DNA of 64,000 bases. Origin: Vulcanimicrobiota bacterium (lineage in GTDB: Bacteria > Vulcanimicrobiota > Vulcanimicrobiia > Vulcanimicrobiales > Vulcanimicrobiaceae). Each line of letters opens with the position of its first letter. Position 1 is the stretch's first letter. Shown piece after piece: positions 9,760 through 18,065 of the stretch. The stretch is taken from contig CAWHWQ010000005.1 in assembly GCA_963833095.1 (NCBI GenBank), forward strand, positions 1 through 64,000. The letters run 5' to 3'. The notes beneath the pieces were generated by a model, which saw nothing but the letters and a program-made list of their open reading frames with translations, did no database searches and was not told the DNA's origin. The translations under genes were made by a program, and so were the position numbers.

Positions 9760-10893
9760 TTAGGCTCCGGCGGGGGCAAGCACCTTCCGCGCTTCGGGCG
9801 AGTCCTGGTATTCGACGGTGAGAATCGAGCGTAGGTGCGCGGCGGCGGCCTTCGCGTCGTCGGAATCCATGCGCTGCAGCGTCGTGAGGCAGCTCAAAAG
9901 CAGCATCGGCATGTCGCGATCGCGTGGATACACCTTGTGCATGTCGTCGATGGACTGCGCTACGAGCACGGTTTGCGCGGCCTCGCGGTTCCCGTAGTTG
10001 TAGTCGAGCATGTAGTTGATGTGCTTGAGCTCGTTCTCGATGCCGAGAATCGAGTAGCCCATCTGCCCGAAGTACTCATCCGCCGGCGCCAGCGTGGTCA
10101 GGTACTTATCATGCGGTATCGCGGTCACGCTGGCGATGATCAGCGGCGACGTCAGGTTCTTGAGGCGCTCCACGATGATGTTTGCATTGGTACGATCGCC
10201 CTGGGTAAAGTCGCCGGTCGTGCCGGCTTGCGCAAGTTCTACCGCGTGCACGAACTCGGGACCATAGGTCGTGGGCAGATGCGCCAGCGGAAAGTCCACT
10301 TGTGCGGCCTTTTGAAAGGCCAGCGAACGCCAGGAGCGATCGCCGGTGAGCACCCATGCGCGCCAGTTCGCCTCGACCGTTTGCAGCCGCGTATCGACGT
10401 CGGCCGGATATGCCGCCGCGTTGGCTTGCGCGTCCTCGTCGGCGAGTCGCGCCAGGTTCTGCGGGTTGTCTTCGGAGTTGACGCGATCGAGCAACCCGTT
10501 CGCGTCGGTGACCAGCGCCGGATCGCTGCTGTTGCGGCTCACCCACACCGCAGCCTGGCGAACGTACCACACGGCCGCGTCGTGATTGATCAGCGGATTG
10601 TAGTGCAGGCCCGCGCCGATTTGTACGGTCAAGGTCTCGAGTTCGCGGAACGCCGGATCGTCGGGGCGTTGCAGCGAGTAGGCGCGTCCCGCGTTGAAGA
10701 TCGTCGACAAATAGAATTCCTGATCGACGAAATCCCACTGCGCGGCCGACGCCTTGTCGTAGGCGGCCTTCATCTGCGCATAGAGGACGCCGGGATCGGC
10801 CTCCAGTGTCGCGCGCGCCGGAAGGGCCAGCGCCGCGACGGCCCCGACCGTTGCGCACCCCGAAAGAATCGTCTTAAAGAACCGAACCATCAT
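9760..10893 (-). CDS. secreted helical hypothetical protein
   Basis: Signal peptide; 377-aa ORF with host-like codon usage; overlaps the purP stop. Confidence 0.75.
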   Translation of the reverse strand: MMVRFFKTILSGCATVGAVAALALPARATLEADPGVLYAQMKAAYDKASAAQWDFVDQEFYLSTIFNAGRAYSLQRPDDPAFRELETLTVQIGAGLHYNPLINHDAAVWYVRQAAVWVSRNSSDPALVTDANGLLDRVNSEDNPQNLARLADEDAQANAAAYPADVDTRLQTVEANWRAWVLTGDRSWRSLAFQKAAQVDFPLAHLPTTYGPEFVHAVELAQAGTTGDFTQGDRTNANIIVERLKNLTSPLIIASVTAIPHDKYLTTLAPADEYFGQMGYSILGIENELKHINYMLDYNYGNREAAQTVLVAQSIDDMHKVYPRDRDMPMLLLSCLTTLQRMDSDDAKAAAAHLRSILTVEYQDSPEARKVLAPAGA

Positions 10894-11896
10894 CTAAGAC
10901 CAAACGCAAATTGTTGGTCAAAAGTGCGTTCTTGATTTCCCGAGCGATCCGCCGGCCGGTCGACATGGGTTCAGAGTAGTTGAGATACGAATACGGCGAT
11001 CCGTCGATGAAGAGGTTGGTTCCGGCGACAATTCGCGCCGAGATTTCCATGCAGTAAAAGTGCATATCCGGTGTAATGATCGACTCGATGCAGAACGCGC
11101 CGAAGAGGCCCTTGGGCCCGGCAATCTCCTTGCTCACCCGTACCACGTTTTCGCCCATGCGTAACGCTTCGGCCAGCATCGATTCCCGAAGGCTCACCGG
11201 CTGGTTACCGACGACCACGTAGGACGGGCTCACGTCCATGCCTTCCTGTGCTGCAGCCGGAATGCGGCCCAGCGAATCAACGTTGGTCTCGTAACGGCGG
11301 TCCATCGACATGATTTCGAGCCGGTCTTCGAGCGGCGAATAGAAATAGTGGATGTAGAGCGGGACGCCGATGATGTACTCCTGGATCGTGTATGCTTTCT
11401 TGAGTTCCTTCGAACGCTTCTCGAAGTCGCTCGCGTCGCGGATAAACATATAGCCCTTGCCGCCGCCGGCGCCGTAGAGCTTCACGATCACCGGACGATC
11501 GATTTCGGCTCCGGTCTTGAACTGGCGCGGCATCGTGATGTCGGCCCGGGTGAGCCACTCGCGCTGCAACTCACGGCTGGCTTCCCAATCCAGCACGGCC
11601 TTGTTGCCGAAATACGGAATCGTCATCTGCTTGTGCTCGTCCAGCGACAGATACGCGACGAACGATCCGTGCGGCACGATGATGACTTTCCGGCTCTCCA
11701 GCTCGCCGACTAATTTGGGAAACTCTGAGTAGCTCGCGACCGTCATCACCTCGTCGATGAACGCGAACGACCGATACAGCCGCTCGGTATCACGACTGGC
11801 GACCGCGAGCGTGCGAAAGCCTTCGTCGTGCGCGCCTTTGAGAATTTGCAGCGCCGAATGGGAGCCGAGCGTCGCGATCGTGTACGGTCGATTCAT
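10874..11896 (-). CDS. purP: formate-dependent FAICAR synthetase PurP (archaeal type, ATP-grasp)
   Basis: IATLGSHSALQILKGAHDEGF, VPHGSFVAY, DRRYETNVD, SYVVVGN, EISARIVAGTN; inside purine operon. Confidence 0.9.
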   Translation of the reverse strand: MNRPYTIATLGSHSALQILKGAHDEGFRTLAVASRDTERLYRSFAFIDEVMTVASYSEFPKLVGELESRKVIIVPHGSFVAYLSLDEHKQMTIPYFGNKAVLDWEASRELQREWLTRADITMPRQFKTGAEIDRPVIVKLYGAGGGKGYMFIRDASDFEKRSKELKKAYTIQEYIIGVPLYIHYFYSPLEDRLEIMSMDRRYETNVDSLGRIPAAAQEGMDVSPSYVVVGNQPVSLRESMLAEALRMGENVVRVSKEIAGPKGLFGAFCIESIITPDMHFYCMEISARIVAGTNLFIDGSPYSYLNYSEPMSTGRRIAREIKNALLTNNLRLVLDDGSVL

Positions 11897-12285
11897 TTCG
11901 AGAAAATAGCCCTTTCGATGGCGGGATTTAAGAGGAGGCGCTCTGCGGCCTGCGCGACCACGCCGGCGCTCACGGGTTCACCGGAAGCTTTGAAGAGACG
12001 CCAGCCGACGGGCCGGTCGGCATCGTCCTGCACGATCCACACCTCGCCGGCCCGCGGCTCGTCGTCATCGAGTACGGTGACGCGATGCTTGTTGGGGTTG
12101 TAGAGTGATTCGTCGCCTTCGACCTCCGCGATCATTTCCCGGGGTTCAGGCGCGATGAGGAAGCGCACGATGTCCGAGCGCTCGACGCGGGCGACGTCAA
12201 CGCCAAGTCGCCGCAACGTCACCAGCGCGGTGTACGCCGCGTTGTCGGGGATCTTGAGGTTGATAGCGATAGCGCGGCGGCTCAT
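11893..12285 (-). CDS. purS: PurS-like FGAM synthase subunit (long, apparently duplicated)
   Basis: LKIPD..A...L..LG, and two NP motifs (LYNPNKH, LLLNPAIE); next to purQ. Confidence 0.65.
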   Translation of the reverse strand: MSRRAIAINLKIPDNAAYTALVTLRRLGVDVARVERSDIVRFLIAPEPREMIAEVEGDESLYNPNKHRVTVLDDDEPRAGEVWIVQDDADRPVGWRLFKASGEPVSAGVVAQAAERLLLNPAIERAIFSK

Positions 12286-13052
12286 GCGCGTCGAACCGCC
12301 TCGACAAAACTGCGAAAGAACACCGCACCGCCCGACGGCGCAAGGATCGCGTCACCGCGACGACGGTCGGGATGATTGAAGGTCCACGCATCGCGCTCGG
12401 GGTGCGGCATCAGCGCGAGCACGTTGCCGTCTCGATTCACCAATCCGGCAACACCCAGCGCGGATTGGTTGGGGCTGGCCGAATCGTCAACGCTGCCGTC
12501 TTCGTGCGCGTAGACGAACGCGACATGGTCGCCTTCTTCCAGCTCGCGCAAATGCGCCATACTTGCCGCGAGGCGACCCTCGCCGTTTGCCGTCCACGAC
12601 GGAATCACCGCTTCGCGCGGCAGCACCGCCGTGATCGGCGAGCGCGCCGGATCGATGCAGAGCTTCACGTGCACGTGCGTACACACGAAGTGGGGCACGG
12701 GTCCGTTGCGCGTGAACGCCGCCGTTGGACGGCGAATCTCGCCGGTCCCCGGAACGAGACCCGCTTCGAGCAAGATTTGCGCGCCGTTGCAGATCCCAAG
12801 CACGAGTTTTCCCTTTTGCGCTCCGGCGATGACGTGATCCATCGCCACGTCGTGCGCGGCGATCGCGCCCGCGCGAATGCGATCCTCGTAGGCAAAGCCC
12901 CCGGGCAATACGTATGCATCGAAATTCGGGAGTTGCTGGGCGCGGCTCCAATGCACGAGATGCGCATCGCCGCCGCAATCGCGCAGCAATCGTGCCGTCT
13001 CCTCTTCTGAGTTCGTGCCGGGAAAGACCAGCACCGCGATCCGTTTGTTCAC
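12282..13052 (-). CDS. purQ: FGAM synthase glutaminase subunit
   Basis: VFPGTN, PGGFAYED, GICNGAQ, MPHPER. Confidence 0.95.
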   Translation of the reverse strand: MNKRIAVLVFPGTNSEEETARLLRDCGGDAHLVHWSRAQQLPNFDAYVLPGGFAYEDRIRAGAIAAHDVAMDHVIAGAQKGKLVLGICNGAQILLEAGLVPGTGEIRRPTAAFTRNGPVPHFVCTHVHVKLCIDPARSPITAVLPREAVIPSWTANGEGRLAASMAHLRELEEGDHVAFVYAHEDGSVDDSASPNQSALGVAGLVNRDGNVLALMPHPERDAWTFNHPDRRRGDAILAPSGGAVFFRSFVEAVRRA

Positions 13053-15295
13053 GGATACACCTCGTGTAGCGGGGCATACCAGCTGTCGCGCAACCGCTGC
13101 AGATCGAAGGCCTGATCGTCCACGACGAGGATCGGCCGATCGATCGTCACCCCGATCTCGTAAACGCCGCTCACGTCGTCGGCCAAGCCCTCGAACGTTT
13201 CCACGTCATCGGCGGCAACTTCGACGACGAACCCGCCGGATTCCCCAAAGTAGGCCTCGAGATCACCGGCGGCGCCATGGGTCCACTGCCACGCATCATC
13301 GATCTGCATACCCACGTGCGCGCGCCCTTTGCGCATCGTTGCGAACGCCATTTCACAAAGTGCCACGATCAAGCCGCCGCTGCCGATGGCGTGCGCCGAG
13401 CGAAGCAGTCGCGCTTGCGCCGCCTCATACATCAGATCGTGTTGCGCCAAAATGATATCGTATTCGATGCGCGGCAAATGCGCATCGCTTCGGCCCAACA
13501 CGTCGAGCAGCACGGAACCACCCAGCGCTCCTTGCGGTGCGCCAATGAGATACAAGACCGAACCCGCCTGCTTGAGCGGCATCGTCACGACCGTGTCGAT
13601 ATCGCTAAAAGCGCCAACGCACGCGACGATCGGTGAGGCTGGAATCGCCCGGCCATTTGCGGATTCGTTATATAAGCTGACGTTGCCCGAAACAAACGGC
13701 GTGCCGAAGCGCTCGGACGCGCGGGCCAGGCCGTCAATCGCCGCAACCAGCTCGTTGTAGTGATCGATCTTGCGCGGATTGCCGAAATTCAAGCAATCCG
13801 TGAGCCCGATTGCGCGCGCACCGGTCGCCACCACCTTGCGCACCGCCTCGTACACCGCGTGCTCGGCGGCGAGGCGCGCGCCGATGTGGCTGTAGCGAGG
13901 ATTGCCCGCGACGGCGAGCGCGACGCCGAGCGGACTGCCGGGTACCGGCGCGAGCACGCCCGCGCCCGCGGCGCCGCGTGGAATCACCGTACACCCACGG
14001 ACCACGGCATCGTAGCGGCGGTAGAGCGGCTCGCGCGAGCACACGTCCGGGTGCGCGAGCACGCGCTCGAGCAATTCGTCGAGTTGCACGCCGGTCACCA
14101 GGGGCCGCTCGCTGGTTAGCTCGGGCGCCGGAATCTCCGCAAACGGCAAGTCGTCGCGAATCGATCCGGTGAGAAACTCGATCTCGACGTCCATGACGGT
14201 CTGGCCACGATAGTCAAGGACGTAACGCTTCTCGGCCGTCACCGTCCCGATTTTGGTGGCGCGCGCGTTGTACGCGATCTCGGGCAGCGTGAATTCTTCG
14301 TTGTAGATGCGCAGCAACTCAGGTGTTACCGCCGGCGGCACAACCCAAAGAAGTCGCTCTTGCGTTTCGCCGACGGCAATGACTTCGGGTCGCATACCTT
14401 CAACCGCGACGTTCACCGCGTCGAGATCGATCCGCGCCCCGTAACCGCCGGCGGAAACGATCTCCGCCGAACAGCCCATAATGCCGCCCGCGCCGAGATC
14501 CTTGAATCCGACGGTCAAACCTTGGTCGTGCACGAACCGGAACACGCCATAACTCGCGCGCATGATCACGCTCTTGAGGAACGGATCGGGAACTTGCACC
14601 GCGCCCTTGTTTGAATCTTCGTCTTGCGCATCGAGCGTGAGCGACGAAAACGAGGCTCCGCCGAAGCCGCTCGGATCGGTCGCCTTGCCCACGAGCACGA
14701 TGTCCCACCCGTCGGCGCCGGGCGGCGCATACGAATGGATGACCTGCGATTCCTTGACGATGCCCATCGCAACGACGTTGACCAGACAATTGTCATCGAA
14801 GCGCTCGTCGAAGTACAGATCGCCCGCGATATTTGGGACGCCGATCGCATTGCCGTAGGCGCTGATACCGTCGACGACGCCTTGCGCCACGTAGCGCTGG
14901 TGCGAATGCGGATCGTCGATTCGCCCGAAGCGCAACGGATCGGCGACGGCGATCACCTGCGCGCCCATGCAGAGCACGTCGCGCACGATTCCGCCGATGC
15001 CGGTTGCGGCGCCCTCGAAGGGCACGACCTGCGAGGGGTGGTTGTGCGACTCGTGCGCGATGACGATACCGTAGCGCTCGCCGTTCCACTCACCCAAGTG
15101 TAAAATGCCGGAATCCTCGGCCGGCCCAAGCACGACAGACGTGCCCGACGTCGGCAGACGCTTGAGCAGATGGCGGCTCGACTTATAGCTGCAATGCTCG
15201 CTCCACTGCGCATCGAATGCGTGCAACTCCACGGCCGACGGCTCTCGTCCGAGCCGTTCGCGAATGCGCGCGAGCTCGTCAGGGCGCAGTTGCAT
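13049..15295 (-). CDS. purL: FGAM synthase synthetase subunit
   Basis: WSEHCSYKSS, ESHNHPS, GAATGIGGIVRD, ETQER, DCLNFGNP, SGNVSLYN. Confidence 0.96.
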   Translation of the reverse strand: MQLRPDELARIRERLGREPSAVELHAFDAQWSEHCSYKSSRHLLKRLPTSGTSVVLGPAEDSGILHLGEWNGERYGIVIAHESHNHPSQVVPFEGAATGIGGIVRDVLCMGAQVIAVADPLRFGRIDDPHSHQRYVAQGVVDGISAYGNAIGVPNIAGDLYFDERFDDNCLVNVVAMGIVKESQVIHSYAPPGADGWDIVLVGKATDPSGFGGASFSSLTLDAQDEDSNKGAVQVPDPFLKSVIMRASYGVFRFVHDQGLTVGFKDLGAGGIMGCSAEIVSAGGYGARIDLDAVNVAVEGMRPEVIAVGETQERLLWVVPPAVTPELLRIYNEEFTLPEIAYNARATKIGTVTAEKRYVLDYRGQTVMDVEIEFLTGSIRDDLPFAEIPAPELTSERPLVTGVQLDELLERVLAHPDVCSREPLYRRYDAVVRGCTVIPRGAAGAGVLAPVPGSPLGVALAVAGNPRYSHIGARLAAEHAVYEAVRKVVATGARAIGLTDCLNFGNPRKIDHYNELVAAIDGLARASERFGTPFVSGNVSLYNESANGRAIPASPIVACVGAFSDIDTVVTMPLKQAGSVLYLIGAPQGALGGSVLLDVLGRSDAHLPRIEYDIILAQHDLMYEAAQARLLRSAHAIGSGGLIVALCEMAFATMRKGRAHVGMQIDDAWQWTHGAAGDLEAYFGESGGFVVEVAADDVETFEGLADDVSGVYEIGVTIDRPILVVDDQAFDLQRLRDSWYAPLHEVYP

Positions 15296-16463
15296 TGGAT
15301 TGCTGCTGCAGCCCGGCATCCGCGTGCAGCACGGCGGATCGCGCGTTGGCCTGCATCAACAGCGTGCGGCCATAGAGCACCGTGTCGTCGAGCGCGAGGA
15401 GCTTGGAGCATTGCAGCGCAAGCGCCGCGGTGTCGCCTGTCCAGCCGATGACCGGCGACGACGACGCTGCATCCAGCATTGCGCGCAGCGTGTCGTCGCC
15501 AACCGCGACGAAGAACAACCGCGCAAAGGTCGCTTCGAGCTGTTGCACAACCTGGAGCACGAAACCCGGCGTCCGCGCGGGGCTGGCGATATGACGAATC
15601 GTGGGCAGGCCGAGCGATTGCAGCGCCGCCACCACGGTGTTGAGCGCTTCGGTGCGTTCGGGTGCATCGGCGACGATGGCCGCCATTCCCGGTCGCATGA
15701 CCGGAAACGTTCCGACCAGATCGGCAACTTCTTCATACGCCGCTTTGACGGTAGCAAGTGCCGCGTCATCGACGGCTTCCAGGTTGCGATAGAGCTGCTT
15801 GTCGAGCATACGGTCTTCGCGGCCTTGCGGCCAAATGCGCCACGAGTCGTTGTCGATCACGTCGGCAATAACGAGTTGTCCCTTTTCGTTTCCCGCCGTC
15901 AAGCGCCCGAACTCAACCTTGAGGTCGACCAGCAGCACATCCCGCCGGCGCCAAGCATGCGAGAGAATATCGAAGGTAAGGCGTGCCAGCTCGCTCATAG
16001 CGCCCACTTCCGCCGGCGTGGCGATGCCGCGCGCGACGATCTCGTCCGGCGCGATCTGCGGGTCGTGATTCGCGTCGTCCTTGACGAAGAACTCGATCAC
16101 GCGTGGCACCAGCAACATGCCGCGCGTCACGCCCGGATTGCGCCGCACGAACGATCCGGCCGCGACGCCGCGCACCACGACTTCGAGCGGCAACATGTTG
16201 CAACGCCGCACGAGCATCTCGTTGTTGTCGTCATCTTCGCCGCCGCTCAAATAGTGCGTCGGCAGACCGCACAGATTGAGCAGACGGAAAACCCGCGCCG
16301 TCGTCTGCGCCGCGAGACGACCCTTGCCCGCGATCTCGTTGCGCCGCGCACCGTCACCGGCCGAAATATTATCCGTCTGCGCGACGACGAGCTGATCCGG
16401 ATGCCCGGGGTTCTCATAGAGAATCTTTGTCTTGCCCGACGCAATCTCCACACCCTTATTCAT
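15279..16463 (-). CDS. purC: SAICAR synthetase fused to a degenerate PurE-like domain
   Basis: GKTKILY, PLEVVVR, LVDLKVEFG, ADVIDNDSWRIW, DKQLYR, plus about 140 aa C-terminal extension. Confidence 0.9.
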   Translation of the reverse strand: MNKGVEIASGKTKILYENPGHPDQLVVAQTDNISAGDGARRNEIAGKGRLAAQTTARVFRLLNLCGLPTHYLSGGEDDDNNEMLVRRCNMLPLEVVVRGVAAGSFVRRNPGVTRGMLLVPRVIEFFVKDDANHDPQIAPDEIVARGIATPAEVGAMSELARLTFDILSHAWRRRDVLLVDLKVEFGRLTAGNEKGQLVIADVIDNDSWRIWPQGREDRMLDKQLYRNLEAVDDAALATVKAAYEEVADLVGTFPVMRPGMAAIVADAPERTEALNTVVAALQSLGLPTIRHIASPARTPGFVLQVVQQLEATFARLFFVAVGDDTLRAMLDAASSSPVIGWTGDTAALALQCSKLLALDDTVLYGRTLLMQANARSAVLHADAGLQQQSNATAP

Positions 16464-16465
16464 GC

Positions 16466-16622
16466 TTTGTCATCGCGTCGCAGCGCTGTTCTGCAACTGA
16501 GGAAAAGTTCGCGATGCGCCGGAGCCCGGAGGGCGAGAGGCGCGCTCGCGTAACTGCTCGCGCGACACGATGTCGCGCACCCTTTTCCGAGGTGCGGGAC
16601 AGTGCTGCGACGCGATGACAAA
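16466..16622. repeat. 157-bp element with long imperfect terminal inverted repeats
   Basis: TTTGTCATCGCGTCGCAGCGCTGTTCTGCAACTGAGGAAAAG matches the reverse complement of the far end TTTGTCATCGCGTCGCAGCACTGTCCCGCACCTCGGAAAAG. Confidence 0.8.
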
Positions 16623-18038
16623 TCATACTTCTACCTTCTTCTGCTTCGGAAACTCAGCTAAACCATCGATGCGATCGGCCAGCGCGCGCGCGCGTTTTGG
16701 CGCGGTGCCGACGTGTTTGCCCGGATCGAGCAACCGGCGGATCTCGGCCGGATCGAGAAGCGCGGTCAGCGTCGCGTCGCCGGCGAGTGTTTGCGCAAGT
16801 GGATTGTCTTGACCGGCTGCAAGTGCCGCCCACGCTTCCATCGCGGCCTGGCGGATACGCTCGTGCAACACCTGACGATCGCCGCCGGCGCGTGCCGCTT
16901 CCATCATCACGGCTTCAGTCCCGGCAAAGGGCCCATACACGCGGAGGTTGTGCGCGATCCGGCGTTCCTCAACGCGCAACCCGTCGATCACTTTGCGCGC
17001 GAGGGTCACGATCTCGTCCGCGCACAGGATCGCTTCGGGAAGTATCGTACGCCGATTGGCGCTGTCGTCGAGGGTTCGCTCCAGGTAATTCGTCGCCGCG
17101 TTCTGCCACGCGACGTCGCTGTAGCTCACTAACAGCCGCGCGAGCGAATCGATGCGCTCGCACAGAATGGGATTGCGCTTGAACGGCATCGCCGAACTGC
17201 CGACTTGCGAGCGGCCGAAAGGCTCGGCGAGCTCACCGAATTCGGGGCTGCTCAAGATGCGCACGTCGGCGGCAAATTTTGAGAGCGACGCGCCGAGGCC
17301 GGCAAGTCCGGACAGCAGCAAGTAGTCGAGCTTGCGCGGATAGGTCTGCGTGCTCACGTCGCGTGCGTGCAAACCGAATTGCTCGAGGACGTGCTCTTCG
17401 AACATCGCCGACGTGCCTTGATGATCGAGCAGGTGCTCGTACGAGGCTGCGGTTCCGACCGCGCCGCGCAGACCTTTGGTCGTCAGTTGGTCGAAGACGA
17501 AGCGCAGGTTGGTATCGTCGATCAAGCAATCTTGCGCGTAGACGCCGAGGCGATAGCCCAGCGTCGTCGGCTCGGCCGGCTGCAAGTGGGTAAACGCCAT
17601 GCAGACCAAATCGGCGTACTGTCGTATTTTCGCGGCAAAGCTCTGCAATAGGCCGTGTAAATTCGCCCCAACCGCGGCGAGGCCTAAACGCAACCGGTAG
17701 GTCTCAACCGTGTCCTCGATGTCCATCGAGGTCGCTCCGAGGTGCAATTTCCCGCCGCCGATCTTTGCCTGCGAGGCAAAGACGCGGATTTCGGCCATCA
17801 GGTCGTGGTGAATCTCCCGCTCGATAGCCAGCGCTGCCTCGATATCGATTTCGTGCGCGTGCGCCCGCAAATCGGCGACTTCGGCGTCGGTGATCAGCCC
17901 GGCGCGCGCTTGTGCTTGGGCGAGCGCAACCCAAACCGCACGCCAGAGTTTGCGGCGTTCTTCCTCGGAAAAGAGCGTGCGTAGCTCGGCGCTGCCGTAT
18001 CTCCAAGAGAACGGCGAGGCGTAGGTACGGTATTCCAT
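16623..18038 (-). CDS. purB: adenylosuccinate lyase
   Basis: HLGATSMD, THLQPAEPTT, GSSAMPFKRNP, LERTLDDSA. Confidence 0.96.
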   Translation of the reverse strand: MEYRTYASPFSWRYGSAELRTLFSEEERRKLWRAVWVALAQAQARAGLITDAEVADLRAHAHEIDIEAALAIEREIHHDLMAEIRVFASQAKIGGGKLHLGATSMDIEDTVETYRLRLGLAAVGANLHGLLQSFAAKIRQYADLVCMAFTHLQPAEPTTLGYRLGVYAQDCLIDDTNLRFVFDQLTTKGLRGAVGTAASYEHLLDHQGTSAMFEEHVLEQFGLHARDVSTQTYPRKLDYLLLSGLAGLGASLSKFAADVRILSSPEFGELAEPFGRSQVGSSAMPFKRNPILCERIDSLARLLVSYSDVAWQNAATNYLERTLDDSANRRTILPEAILCADEIVTLARKVIDGLRVEERRIAHNLRVYGPFAGTEAVMMEAARAGGDRQVLHERIRQAAMEAWAALAAGQDNPLAQTLAGDATLTALLDPAEIRRLLDPGKHVGTAPKRARALADRIDGLAEFPKQKKVEV

Positions 18039-18065
18039 GGGACAAAGGCTGTCGTTCGCCTCCGC

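Noticed and set aside
15264..16553. Long antisense ORFs here and at 9835-10935, 26009-27367, 40165-41175 and similar
   Set aside because: Typical high-GC shadows of well-supported opposite-strand genes
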